Below are positions 1-12,914 of a stretch of DNA of 64,000 bases, piece after piece; the stretch's first letter is position 1, and each line of letters opens with the position of its first letter. Source of the stretch: Octopus sinensis (taxonomy: Eukaryota); contig NC_043007.1 in assembly GCF_006345805.1 (NCBI RefSeq), forward strand, positions 66,526,001 through 66,590,000, written 5' to 3'. A program made the position numbers and the translations under genes. The notes beneath the pieces were generated by a model. The model was not told the DNA's origin and did no database searches. It saw nothing but the letters and a program-made list of their open reading frames with translations.

Positions 1-9
1 AAATCGTTT

Positions 10-410
10 GAGCCTCCAAGACAAAAGGTGTTGCGGTATTTCTTCCAGCTCTTCGCCTTCTGAGTTCAAATCCAGTTGAAGTAAGCGTTGACTTTCATCC
101 TTTCAGACATGATGAAATAAATACGTATTTCTTTATTACCCACAAGGGGCTAAACATGGAGGGGACAAACAAGGACAGACATAGGTATTAAGTCGATCAC
201 ATCGACCCCAGTGCGTACCTGGTACTTAGTTTATCGACCCCGAAAGGATGAAAGGCAAAGACGACCTCGGCGGAATTTGAACTCAGAACGTAACGACAGA
301 CGAAATACGGCTAAGCAATACGGCTAAGAAATAAATACCGGTCATGTACTGGAGTCTGTAGCAATATCTAACCTCCTCCTTACGAAAGTTAGCTTTATGC
401 TTAAATTAGA
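10..410 (+). mobile_element. Degenerate tRNA-derived SINE (family A), interrupted by a younger opposite-strand copy
   Basis: gagttcaaatcc B-box-like motif followed by gactttcatcctttc; the element resumes after 330; gaaataaatac-like sequence flanks the nested copy on both sides. Confidence 0.6.
128..318 (-). mobile_element. SINE family A, nested copy
   Basis: cccacaaggggctaaac...atcgaccccgaaaggatgaaaggcaaag...ggcggaatttgaactcagaacg, shared with copies at 23766 and 61230. Confidence 0.85.
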
Positions 411-784
411 AACTATATTATACCTATGACAGTTTATCCGTTGTAGCGAATAAGTTCTGAATTACTGGAATTAATGAATTCTTCGAAGGTATTTTGAACT
501 CGTACATTATTATGAAATTATCGAGGTACTTGAAAAAGTGGACATCGGTCGAAGAGAGGTCTAAGAGAAGGAGTTTTGTAGACCAGTTCGTTCAAAATAT
601 GCAGTTGTTTGCAACATATGTGGTCGGGCGTTCTCATGGGAAAGAACTAGTTCTTTTTCGGTTGATCAACGCTGCACGTATTTCTCAGTTTTCTATTATA
701 ATTACCATTTTAATAGCCGCAGTTATTCATTATATAAATAGTGCAATTATTCATAATATCTATTTACTTTTCAAAATGACGGCG

Positions 785-882
785 ATTTGGTCGCCAATTC
801 TTGCAAACACATTTTTCATTTGTTTCTGCTTATTTGGTCGCCAATTCTTGTAGACATTTTTTTCATTTGTTTCTGCTTATTT
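785..882. repeat. 47-bp tandem duplication
   Basis: atttggtcgccaattcttg...catttgtttctgctt occurs at 785 and 832. Confidence 0.85.
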
Positions 883-938
883 TAGTATCATCTTTCTGTG
901 ATGGACACAGTCGGAAATTTTTAATGCATTTCTATCTA

Positions 939-1215
939 GGATCAACATTCTATTCCACTTTCTCGGATCAACATTGCCTTTCAGTTCCTGAAAACAATTT
1001 CGCCTTTCATCCTTCCGGGATCAACTTTACTTTTCATGTTCTGTAAGCAACTTTACCTTTCAGGTTCTGAGATCAGCCCTGGCTTTCTCATTCTGCAAAC
1101 AACTTTGCTACATATTTTTCTGAGACAAACTTTACTATTCACATTCCGATATCAATTTCATCTTTCATCCTTCTGGGATCGACTGTGCCTTTCACATTCT
1201 GCAAATAACTTAGCT
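939..1215. repeat. Degenerate 26-27-bp minisatellite, about 10 units
   Basis: Recurring unit like ggatcaactttgcctttcatccttctg. Confidence 0.7.
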
Positions 1216-1263
1216 ATATATCTTTCTGTGATCTATAAATTCATCCATCTATCCATCCATATA

Positions 1264-1264
<1 letters not shown>

Positions 1265-1327
<63 letters not shown>

Positions 1328-1340
1328 TAGATAGATAGAT

Positions 1341-1383
<43 letters not shown>

Positions 1384-1385
1384 GG
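1265..1385. repeat. Compound (TA)n/(GATA)n microsatellite, representative of dozens in the window
   Basis: Read directly. Confidence 0.95.
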
Positions 1386-1471
1386 ATGCATGCATGCATG
1401 CATGTATGTGGGCGTGTATATATACATATATATATATAGTGCCCTTCCACTTACATTTGTGTGTGAATATA

Positions 1472-1515
<44 letters not shown>

Positions 1516-1745
1516 TATATATACTTCCTTTGGTGTTCTGCTTTGTTATAACTAGAAATTACTGTCACGAAAGGAGCATTAACTTTTTAAGGTTGTTCAA
1601 TTTTTCTCAGCGGATCAATTGAGTAAACCTATTAGTAACATACCTATAATGACTACTGAAAACAGCTGTAAGGCAAATTTGTTCTAGTAATGGAAAGTTA
1701 TGCCATGACCATTATTTATAACTTGTCATACATACATACATACAT

Positions 1746-1795
<50 letters not shown>

Positions 1796-1824
1796 ATTTG
1801 GAAATGGTCTTGTTTCCAGTTTAG

Positions 1825-1877
<53 letters not shown>

Positions 1878-3252
1878 GCACACACACACACATTAATTTA
1901 TATGTATATAATTTTGGGAACTTTTACGTGTGATTTTATTTCAATTTAATTATACGTCGTGTACTTATAAGCATGTATGTATTTTTGTAAGTATAATTGT
2001 GTATCTATATGTGTATTCACACATACATAATTACATTAAATGGTCAATGTTACATTTAAAACGACAGTAAGCGGAAAGTTGAACGCTGATTGGCTAAAAT
2101 AGATTTTTATGGGGTTTACCATTTATTTTATTAAATCTGTTGTTATTACCATTTTTTGTTTTTTCGCACATCCTCTTTCCATAAACCCCTTCTGTTATTT
2201 TCTCCCTGAGAAAGAAATATATTTTGCTTGCATTATTTTTAGATTTTTATTCATTTATTTTTTTTTTTACTTTTTGCTTTTATATTTTCATTAAGGTTTT
2301 GGTTTGGGTGCTAGGTGGATTATTCCCCCCGCTTTTGTGACTGCGGTAGTTTAAATACCAACACCTGATCCCCTATTTTCACTGCGCATGTGATCAGAGT
2401 TTTTTGGGTGTTGTTGTTGTCTTTTGGGAGATGAGATTATATAAAACAAAATATATAAACAAAAAGAATGTTGTATAGAACGAGATAGGAGAGAGAGAGA
2501 GTGAGAGAGAGAGAGAGAGAGAAAGTATAGGTCTTTGTCACAATGTTTTTGTTAATATTGTATTTGTTATGATTTTTGTTGTTGTTGTACTTTAGTCGCC
2601 ATTTTATTGTTTGCTTTTTTTTAAAAAAATAGTCGCATGGATATCTTTATTTCGTCGTAGATAAATATAGAATGGTGTTGTGGGGTGTGACGTTGTGTCG
2701 GGTACTGTATCGCGGTGGGGTGGGATGGGTGAGTTGTGGGATGAGGTACTGTGATGAGGTTTGGCATTAAGGGTTTGTCTAAATCCCTGTTTTTATTGCA
2801 TATTGTTTGTATTTTTAATGTTTTTTCTCCTTCCCATTTCTTCTTTTTCTTTTTCTTTTTCTTCTTCTTCTTCTTCTTCTTCTTCTTCTTCTTCTTCTTC
2901 TTCTCTTTGGTTTACTTTTGTGAATATTTATATTTTTGCGTAATATTTATTTATAATTAGTTGGGATATTTTAAAAGTGATTTCTGTTATTTATTTATTT
3001 TTTATTTATTTTTTTTTTGCGTCATTTTGTTTGCGATCAACACCCAAAGCAATTTGAACTTAGCCCCTCCCATACCAATTACTATCCTCCATCCCTTCAT
3101 AGACACTTACACACACATATATACTCACTAAATAATTCAATAATTAAGATTTTATAAATTAAAAATAAACCGTCATCTTTTTTCATCTGCTTTATATAGT
3201 TTGATGTTAATTTTATTATTCGTTTTAATGTCTGTTGTAGTTCGTAATTTTA

Positions 3253-3253
3253 T

Positions 3254-3295
<42 letters not shown>

Positions 3296-3440
3296 CTGCT
3301 GCTGCTGCTGCTGCTGGGGCTGGTGGCGGAGGCGGTGGTGGCACGGCGCTGGGGCGGCGGTGGCGGGGACGGGGGAGGTGGTGCTGGTGGTAGTGGTAGT
3401 AGTAGTAGTAGTAGTAGTAGTAATAGTAGTAGTAGTAGTT
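3253..3440. repeat. (TAG)n/(TGC)n/(TGG)n compound triplet microsatellite
   Basis: Read directly; accounts for ORFs 3225- and 3287+. Confidence 0.9.
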
Positions 3441-3977
3441 GGCTGTTATTGTTGTCGTTTTGTATTTTGTTTTCATTTGGAAGTGAAATGGCCGAGTGGT
3501 TATTTTATCGAGCTGGCACCCTGAGGGTCGAAGGTTCATATTGACCTGCAGGCTAGTATTTCTCTCATCGTATCCCTCGGGGAGCTGACATACTCAATTA
3601 GTTCCATTTGACCTAAGATTTTATCAAACTCCAGGATAGATCAGATCGCGAATGGCGAAGTTATCTACAGGGGAAGTTAACTAAGGTGAAGTTAACTATG
3701 AAAGATTAGCGTTCTATCCATGAGCGACTTATCTCCACATCCATTTAAGACTACAGAATAAACAGTTAGATTATCTTTCTCTAAAGATGTAGATATTTTG
3801 AAAAGTTACTTTTAAGTTTTAATTTCAAATTTTAATTTTTAACTCATTTCATTCGTCTTAAAAAATTATTACAAACTCACAAAAATTAACGTTTTTACAG
3901 TAAATTTGTTTAAAGGATTCTTTAAGTAATTATTGAAATAAGTTGCATTAGTCATTCTAACCTTTAAAAACACCCGC

Positions 3978-4140
3978 AGGCGACGAGTTAGCAGAATCGT
4001 TACCGCGTCAAACAAAATGCTTGGTGGCATTTTTTCCGGTTCCTCACATTCGAAGTTCAAATTCCGCTAAGGGTATTTTTGCCTTTCAACCTTGCGGAAC
4101 CAATAACATAGGTTCCATACAAGTACTGGAATCGGTGTAG
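3978..4140 (+). mobile_element. SINE family A, diverged
   Basis: ggcgacgagttagcagaatcgtta...gaagttcaaattccgc...tttgcctttcaacc. Confidence 0.75.
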
Positions 4141-4204
4141 TCACTATCCTCCTCTCACTAAAATGACTTGCCTTGTAACAGAATTTGAAACCATTATAAT
4201 CAGA

Positions 4205-4276
<72 letters not shown>

Positions 4277-4277
4277 T

Positions 4278-4766
4278 GAGTGAGAGAGCAGTGCATGCCA
4301 TCGAAGTGACACTGGATTAAGATATACCAATCATAACTGCCCATGATGACTACCCATCATGACTACCCAGGCACATGCATCACAACAATATGTGCGCGAC
4401 ATGGTGATCTCTTATCAAGATAAACAGCACCTTGCAAGTGGGGCCCAGTTTAAGTTTTCTTCAGTTTGAGTAGCCCATCCCGCTCAAATGATCCATGAAT
4501 AAGTTTTGTTTAAGGATGTTGAACGACATACCTATGTTTCCAGAGTTGAATTATCAAAACCCCAAAGAGTTCCCCTCAGTACATGGCTATGATGCTTCCC
4601 TACTACTTCTGTTCCTGATTAGAGATGCGCATGTCGTCAGCCACTAAGGGACATGCTCAACTGGTTATGGTGAAGCAACTGACAAGCAAATCTGTGGTAT
4701 TGAGCAGAATATTTGCTGTGGCCAATAACACTTCCAAACAGTTAAGATCAGAAGCGATGCGAGCCA
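4278..4766 (-). mobile_element. ~550-bp (TAA)n-inserted non-coding retroelement, copy 1 (5'-shortened)
   Basis: Homologous to 5711-6255 and 12915-13463; fixed end ...gctctctcactc next to (TAA)n. Confidence 0.8.
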
Positions 4767-4769
4767 ATT

Positions 4770-4849
<80 letters not shown>

Positions 4850-4867
4850 TATTATTATTATTATTAT

Positions 4868-5465
4868 CTTTTTTTTTCTTCTTTCAAATTTGCTTCCATT
4901 TCTTGCCGAGTGTCTTCCCGACTCCTAGGGCAAAGAAACTCATAGTATACATTGGTAGGCCATTAAACTAAACTCAATAGTTCGTTCATTTTTTTTTAAA
5001 TTTAAATTAAAATACATGGGTAGTAATAGTTCTCACATCGACAATGCTCTTCTCAATACGTGTGATGTACCAGTTAAGACAATCTTTTGCACTTCTTGCA
5101 GGGATGGTAAGCCAGGGATCATTCTCATATAATTTTCGGTTCCCTTCTTGATCATTCCTAGTGCTCCTATGATCACTGGTATTGTAACCGCCTTGAGATG
5201 CCACATTTTCTCAATTTCAATGAGCAGGTCTTTATATTTTTTGAGCTTGTCAAACTCTTTCGCTGAGATATTATGATCACAGGGCATACTCATGTCGATC
5301 AATAAGCAAATTTTATTGTTTTGGTCTTTCACAACAATATCTGGTTTATTGGCTTTGATGGTTCGGTCTGTATGTACTGGAAAGTCCCACAGAATCGTTA
5401 CATTTTCTCCTTCAGTTACAGCTTCAGGGTGGTGATTATACCACTTGTCGGCAGTTTTGATATTG
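4868..5465 (-). mobile_element. R4/Dong-like REL non-LTR retrotransposon, 3' fragment
   Basis: ILWDFPVHTDRTIKANKPDIV...LIDMSMPCDHNISAKEFDKLKKYKDL...IPVIIGALG is a restriction-like endonuclease motif; the 3' UTR ends in (TAA)n. Confidence 0.85.
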
Positions 5466-5467
5466 TA

Positions 5468-5539
<72 letters not shown>

Positions 5540-5578
5540 TATTATTATTATTATTATTATTTTATTATTATTATTATT

Positions 5579-5685
5579 GAGTGAGAGAGCAGTGCATGCC
5601 ATCAAAGTGACACAGGGGTAAAATATATGAACCCCAATATACCCATCATGACTACCCGTCTGATAAGGTACACCAGGCACATGCA
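5579..5685 (-). mobile_element. (TAA)n-inserted element, copy 2 (only the 3'-terminal ~107 bp)
   Basis: Same terminus as the other copies; (TAA)n on both sides. Confidence 0.8.
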
Positions 5686-5710
5686 TTATTATTATTATAT
5701 TATTATTATT

Positions 5711-6254
5711 GAGTGAGAGAGCAGTTCATGCCATCAAAGTGACACTGGGGTAAATATACGAAGCCCAATATACCCATCATGACTACCCGTCTGATAAGGT
5801 ACACCAGGCACATGCATCACAACCATATGTGCGCGACATGGTGATCTCATATCAAGATAAACAACACATGACCTTGCAGCTGGGGCCCAGTTAGAATTTT
5901 CTTCAGGTTGAGTAGCCCATCCTGCTCAAACGGTCCCTGAATAAGGGTTGCTTTAGGATGTTGAACGAAACACCTATGTTTCCAGAGGTGAACCATTCAA
6001 ACTCCAAAGAATCCCTCTCAACACATGGCCATGATGCTCCCCCACTACTTCTGCTCGTGATCAGAGATGCACATATCGTCAGCCACTAAGGGACATGCTC
6101 AACTGGTAAGGTCAAACAACTGACAAGCAAATATGTGGTATTGAGCAGAATATTTGCTGTAGCCCATCTTTTATACCAAGACAAAACAATGTACATGATA
6201 ACACTTCCAGTCAGTTAAGATCAGAAGCCATGAGAGCCACTGCCTGGTACTGCA

Positions 6255-6255
<1 letters not shown>
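5711..6255 (-). mobile_element. (TAA)n-inserted element, copy 3 (near full length)
   Basis: Colinear with 12915-13463; flanked by (TAA)n. Confidence 0.85.
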
Positions 6256-6332
<77 letters not shown>

Positions 6333-6364
6333 CATTATTATTATTATTATCATCATTATTTATA

Positions 6365-6478
6365 TGTGTGGTCTAGTTGTTAGGGTATTGGGACTCACGA
6401 TTGTAACGTAGTACGATTGGGCTGTGTTGTGTCCTTGAGCAAGGTATTTCATTTCAGGTTCCTCCAGTCTGCTCTGCT
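6365..6478 (+). mobile_element. tRNA-derived SINE family C, fragment
   Basis: tagttgttagggtattgg head and gttgtgtccttgagcaagg core, as at 29318 and 63861. Confidence 0.7.
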
Positions 6479-6649
6479 ATAAAGAGACCACGCCTACTCC
6501 TAGTGCAACTCTTCCCCTCCATTTGCTATACAATCAATATTCTGCCCAGCCATGGTTGGTGTGGGCGAGAAGGATTCTTCCTCTGCTTCATGAAGATATA
6601 GGTATCTAAAAATTTAGTGCAAGCGTGTCACACGTTATCTGGCCACACT

Positions 6650-6732
6650 CGAAAGTGAACCAGTTAAGTTCCGGGGACGTAAACAAACCAACAGCGGTTG
6701 TCTAGCGATGGTGGAGTGCATGCACAAACACA

Positions 6733-6770
<38 letters not shown>

Positions 6771-6952
6771 TACTCACACACACACACGTGTGTGTATGTA
6801 CATGACGGGCTTATAGTTTCTGTCTATCAAATTCATTTGGAAGCCACCGATCGGTCTCGAGGCTATAGTAAAAGCATATGCCTAAGGTGTCGCGCAGACG
6901 GTTTGAACCTCAGACCCCGTTGTTGCAAAGCGGACTTCTTAGATACATACCC
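6650..6952 (-). mobile_element. SINE family B, degenerate
   Basis: ggggacgtaaac...(CA)n...gacgggctt, diverged from the family B consensus. Confidence 0.65.
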
Positions 6953-7149
6953 GCTGATTGTCTGATGGTCGCAGCTTATCGTCTTTAACAGTCTCAGAAC
7001 AGATTGAGTAAAGTGGTCTTTACACTTAAGATTGATTAAACCAGAAATAGATTTCATTAAATATCTACTCCCTATGCGTTAACCTGGGCTTAAACAACAA
7101 CAACACTGACAATAACTTCTGAATAATAATTTATCTAATTCTTTTTAAT

Positions 7150-7355
7150 TTTAGCACAAGACCAGCAATTTCGGTTGTGGCGGAGTTAGTCGATTACATG
7201 GGCCCCCAGTGTTCAACTCATCCTTCTTTTATCGACTACGAAAGGATAAAAGGCAAAGTCGACATTGACGGCATTCAAACTCAAAGCGAAAAGACGGCAG
7301 AAAAGCTGTGCATAATTTTACCCGACGTGATAACGGTTTTGCCAGCTCGTTGCCT
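7150..7355 (-). mobile_element. SINE family A
   Basis: aaaggcaaagtcgac...gccagctcgttgcc. Confidence 0.75.
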
Positions 7356-7672
7356 CTTCTCGTAAGTAATAGCAAGCGAGCAATTGATTGGGTAGGACGT
7401 TCACAAGTTGTTTAATGTAAACCTAGGTTGTGTAATAAAATGTGAAACTGTCAGTTTACAAGCGTTGTCGATGAAAATAAAATGGTCGATTAGTATTCCG
7501 ATAAATTGTATGAAATAAACTGAACAATTTTTCATTATAATTATATAATGTATTCCATATAAGGTATTTAGAATAATAATATTTTACTTTTTGACTGCTA
7601 TCATAAATAGTTTGACTTTGCTGGAATTGTTTGAACATAATTTTAGCAATATATGTATGTACATATATATAT

Positions 7673-7824
7673 ATACTTTATTAATAAAGCTGCAAAGACA
7701 TCACAAAAACTTTAACTCAGAGTTTCACGTTTCCTTTCGTCGGACAGTTCCAGTTGAGAACAGTAACGTGAACATAAAATGTTACAGTTTTTGTGATGTC
7801 TTTGCGGCTTTACTAATAAAGCAT
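7673..7824. repeat. ~150-bp MITE-like palindrome
   Basis: 7676-7716 pairs with 7781-7821 (38/41); inner stem ttcacgtt/aacgtgaa. Confidence 0.8.
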
Positions 7825-8087
7825 ATTACTTTGCCTCCGGTATTCGAGCACTATTCTTTCCTCCTTGTTTCACATTTATGAGCTTACTCTGGTGTGCATA
7901 TATATATATATATAATATATATATATTATACGTACATACATACATACATGCGTCCATATGAGAGGTCCCCTCAAGGTGATTACCACAGTATTCGATGGTC
8001 TAACAAATCTTCCACGTTAAGGTGGATTATTAATACTGCTTCTGTTCATGTGCGCGTATATATATATATATATTTACATTTATACAT

Positions 8088-8425
8088 GAAGGTGCATGGT
8101 TCAGTGGTTACAGCGTCAGGCTTACAATCGTGAAGTTGTAAGTTCGATTCCCGGACCGGTCTGTGTGTTGTGTTCTTGAGCAAGATACTTTATTTCCTAT
8201 TTCTCCAGTTCACTCAGATGTAGAAATGGTGCCGAGCGACGTCACTGGTACTAAACTGTATCGACCATTGCCTTCCTTTCCGACAACATCAGTGGCATGG
8301 AGGGTGGAGGCTGGTATGCTTAGGCGACTGCTGGTCTTCCAGAAACCACCTTGTCCAAATTTGTACCGTCGCGGGGAACATTCTAGGTGCAATCCCATGG
8401 TCACTCGTGACAGAAAGATGTCTTT
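8088..8425 (+). mobile_element. SINE family C head and core joined to a family D segment
   Basis: gttcgattcccgg B box and ttcttgagcaag; 3' ggtgcaatcccatggtca is also present in reverse at 38575-38770. Confidence 0.7.
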
Positions 8426-8441
8426 ATCATGTATGTACGAT

Positions 8442-8678
8442 CTTTTATCTTTTACTTGTTTCAGTTCTTTGACTGCGATTATGTTGGAGCACCGTTTTGA
8501 AATGGTTTAGACGAACAAATCGACCCCAGGGTCTTTTGTTTTAAGCCTAGTACATATTCTATTGGATTTTTTGCCGTACCGCTAAGTTGCGGAGACATAA
8601 ATTCACCAACACCGGTTTCCAAGCGGTGGTGGGGACAACACAGACACAAAGACATACACATAGGTGCGTATATTATAT

Positions 8679-8721
<43 letters not shown>

Positions 8722-8866
8722 GACGGGCTTCTTTCAGTTTCCGTCAACCAAATCCACCCACGAGATTTTGGTGGATGATACTTGCCCAAGATGCCACACA
8801 GTCGGACTGAACTTGAAACCATGTGACTGGGAAGCAAGCTTCTTACTACAAAACCACGCCTGCACC
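8442..8866 (-). mobile_element. SINE family B (CORE-like, with internal microsatellite)
   Basis: cttgcccaagatgccac, gacgggcttctttcagtttcc, ccgctaagttgcgg. Confidence 0.85.
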
Positions 8867-10404
8867 TGGTTTTTATTCTTAAAATAAGTAACTCTCGTGG
8901 AATATACTGCAGTATAGTTTGTTCTAACTCTCATCGTATCTACCAAAGGCCAATATGAGAAACTCTCATACAAACGAGTTCAAAAACTAAGAATTCTTTT
9001 AAAATTACTCCGCGCAAAGACGAACGCATGGCACCTGCTATTTCAGGAGTTAAATTCGGATTTTTGCCCTGCTCAGCAATTAGATACGATATCTTTACCA
9101 CAAGTTTTGGAAAGTAGATAGACTGAAGACTGTTAGCAGATGACTGCATGGATGGTACACTCGGCAGCAGAAGAGACGCTGGTCCATTAACTTAAATCCT
9201 AATGCCATGGCACGAACGTAGTGTTTAAGATCAAGACACTCTACTTTCAACATCTATGTGCCACCAGACAACTGTCAAGAGTGATTTATAGATTGACAGT
9301 ACGTTCTGGCACTGTTATTCTACATATCGCTGATGGGAGGAGGAATCCCCACTGCCTCTAGCGGTCGAGTGTCCACTATTGGCAAGACCAAACAAGGTCG
9401 AAGTCTGATGGTCTCAGCGCTGTAAGTAGCGTGGATGTATCTCCCCACTAGCGATATAATCAAGAGCGCATTTCGCACAAAACAATGTGAGAGTTTCTCT
9501 CATGGTAACTATCGCAGTATTGTTTGTTCTAATAGAACATCCATGCCTAAGTGGGTATAGATATTACCTCTGTTGCTAATATATTTTTTCACTGCTAAAT
9601 GATGTGATATAAAAAAAAAAACTGAAGTCTGCTACTGTAGTCAGCAGTAACAGTCCTGTAAGTATATTGTTTGTTTGAACACGAAGTCCATCTTCTCCCA
9701 CGGCAGGCCGCCTTTTTCTCAGGTGTAAGATTGGATGTTTGGATAATAAACTCAAGCTCGTAAAATACACAAAAGATATATAAATCAATGACACGTGAAC
9801 AGAAGATGAGTCAGACTTCGTGTGTCTACGTGTATGTATGTATGTATGTGTGTGTGTGCGTGTCTATGTGCGTGTGTGTATCTACGTGTGTGCGTGCGCG
9901 CGTGTGTCTGTTTGTGTGTGTGCGTGTGTGTGTGTGTATGTGCGTGTGTGTGTCAAGACGATCGGTGAATGAATGATTGCAGTAACAAATACAAAATACA
10001 AAAAGCACAAAAGGACACATACTCATACTCATTCATACGCACACAGTCACTCTATTGCCCCCATACACAAACATACTTACACATGAATACAATCAAACAT
10101 GCACATAAACACGCATACACATGCATACGCAAACACACATACACTCACACGTACCCACATAGACACAGATACATATACACAGACGTGTGCGTGTACGTTT
10201 CTACACACACACACACACACACACATGCACACACATATATATATATACACACACCCATATATATATATACATACGCATGTATGTGTTTATATATAGGTAC
10301 AGGAATCAATCAACATTCTCCCCTCTCCTTTTCCCCACCTCTTCCATTCATTTTTGTCTCTATTTATGTCTCCTGGCTAACAAAGATATCAAGTTTACTT
10401 CGCA

Positions 10405-10469
10405 TTCTTCATCATCACCATAATCTCCATCATCATCATCATCATCATCATTATCATCACCATCATCAC

Positions 10470-10508
<39 letters not shown>

Positions 10509-10577
10509 TATCATCATCATCATCATCATCATCGCCTTCGTCGTTGTCATCATCATCATCATCATCATCATCCCATC

Positions 10578-10609
<32 letters not shown>

Positions 10610-10867
10610 CTTCATCATCATTATCATCATCATCCTCATCATCATCGCCTTCGTCGTTGTCATCATCATCATCATCATCGTCATCATCACCATCATCATC
10701 ATCATCTTCATCATCATTATCATCATCATCGCCTTCGTCGTTGTCATCATCATCCTCATCATCATCGCCTTCGTCGTTGTCATCATCATCATCATCATCA
10801 TCAACATCACAATCAGCATCACCACCACCATCTCCACCACCAATCATCATCATCATCATCATCGTCG

Positions 10868-10899
<32 letters not shown>

Positions 10900-10900
10900 G
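10405..10900. repeat. ~500-bp (CAT)n/(CGT)n array with higher-order units
   Basis: Variant cgccttcgtcgttgt recurs four times; accounts for the His/Ile/Asp/Met-rich ORFs. Confidence 0.95.
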
Positions 10901-11323
10901 TCTACATGTGTTGGTTATTGTTTGTGCCTTGGACGAGGTTGATCCGGTGAAAGGAATCCACATTAATTAATGACACCGAATATGTCTCGTACTAGTCCGG
11001 ACGTGTCCGATACGGTAGCGCCATTGTCATGGCAACCAACATGCGTACGTATGTCTTAGTAACTCTGTGCATGTGTAGGAGGTGTATATGTACAATATAC
11101 TTACACACACACACAACATACACACACACATATATGCATGTATTAATATTGATATATTGACATATATCTATCATTACATAGGTGTGTATTTTGATATACA
11201 AATACACATCCACACACATAAACACACACACATATATAATATACATATAATATATATATATATATGTATCATGTGTGTATATATATATATATATATATAT
11301 TTTATATATATATATATAATAGA

Positions 11324-11376
<53 letters not shown>

Positions 11377-11664
11377 GATGCTTATGATGTGCGTATGTAT
11401 GTATGCATGTATACAGAAACATACAACCATACACATACACATACATATATATAATTTGCATAGAGGTGATATATCTTGAAGTAAAAATAACTATCGCATG
11501 TGAGTGTATGTGTACATATATAACTAGAGAGAGAGAGAGAGAGACAGGCAGACAGGGGGAGAGAAAGAAAGACAGAAAGAAAGAAAGAAAGAAAGAAAGG
11601 AAAAAACAAAGAAAGAAAGAAAAAGACATAGATAGACACACAGGCAGCTAGATAGAAAGAAAGC

Positions 11665-11862
<198 letters not shown>

Positions 11863-11982
11863 TTTATGCTTGGCTGGTACATATGACTCCTTCATAAATA
11901 TCGATCGCTGTTCGCTTTAATGACATCCGATAATCAGCAAAATCCCGACGCAGCCTTCTGTTTTAGTGAGGCCGATCTCTCC

Positions 11983-12019
<37 letters not shown>

Positions 12020-12914
12020 TTCAATATATATATATACATATATATATTTGTGAGGCCATTGATGGCTTTTATTTGTTGGTAAAGTAACGGCATCCAACTA
12101 ATGGCTTCTTCTCTCAGGCCTTCAATCAAAGTCTCACCGCCCACCCTCTGTCCATAAATGTCGTTATATATATATATATAGTTTGTTTGTTTGTTTTTCG
12201 TTTTTGCTTTATTTTATTTGTTTTATTTTTTTTTTTGTTTTGGCTTGTTTGCTTATTTTTATTCTCTTTAGTTATTCGATCTTTTTCTCTCATCCATTCT
12301 CCATCGCTTACTGTTTTCCTTACTATCTGTATGTGTATGTGTCCCGCTCTCTCTCTCTTTCTCTCTCTCTCTATGTATGTATCTATCTATCTATCTGCCT
12401 ACTCTTTTTCTCTTTCTCTCTTTGCCTCTCCATCTCTTTCTCGATCACTCTCAAGTCATCATCCCTTCTTCGTTTTCTCTATTTTTACTCATATTCCTTT
12501 GTCCAGCCTTATCCTTGCTATTATTCAGTTTAATAATCTGTAAACAATAGGTTGTATGTGGAAGTTGATGGCGGTGGTAGCGGTGGTGGTAGTGGTGGTG
12601 GTGGTCGAGTAATGGCTACTGTTGCTGCCTTTGCTGTTGCTATTGCTGTTGCTCTCCAGGGTAATGGTATTGGCGGAGGTTGTGGTGGTGGTGGTGGTGG
12701 TGGTGTAAAGGAAAATAAAGTTGCAACACTTCCAGATCCGCCTAGCGACAATCATTCTTGATAGTCAACAATTATACAAGTAAATTAATGTATAAACATA
12801 CAGAGTAAAGACAGACATACGTACACAACATAATAATAATGATAATAATAATAATAATAATAATATAATAATAATAATAATAATAATATAATAATAATAA
12901 TAATAATAATAATA

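Noticed and set aside
590-680. CNICGRAFS, a zinc-finger-like peptide
   Set aside because: The His pair is missing, there is an upstream in-frame stop, and no tandem fingers follow. At most it is a decayed LINE tail.
939-1215. CRISPR-like array
   Set aside because: The units are contiguous and degenerate with no unique spacers, there are no cas genes, and the context is eukaryotic.
8930-9560. GC-balanced unique-looking segment with CAKCALDYIA on the minus strand
   Set aside because: The GIY-YIG resemblance is too weak and stops occur in all frames. It is left unassigned.
10395-10874. Asp-rich ORF resembling molluscan acidic biomineralisation proteins
   Set aside because: It is the reverse frame of the same (CAT)n array, shifts into poly-Met, and has no signal peptide or splice context.
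9969-10970. 333-aa His/Ile-rich ORF, the longest in the track
   Set aside because: It is made of (CA)n, (TA)n and (CAT)n microsatellites, which are open in several frames on both strands.
12530-12761. Gly-rich and Pro-rich ORFs on both strands
   Set aside because: They derive from (GGT)n/(GCT)n low-complexity tracts with no recognisable domain.
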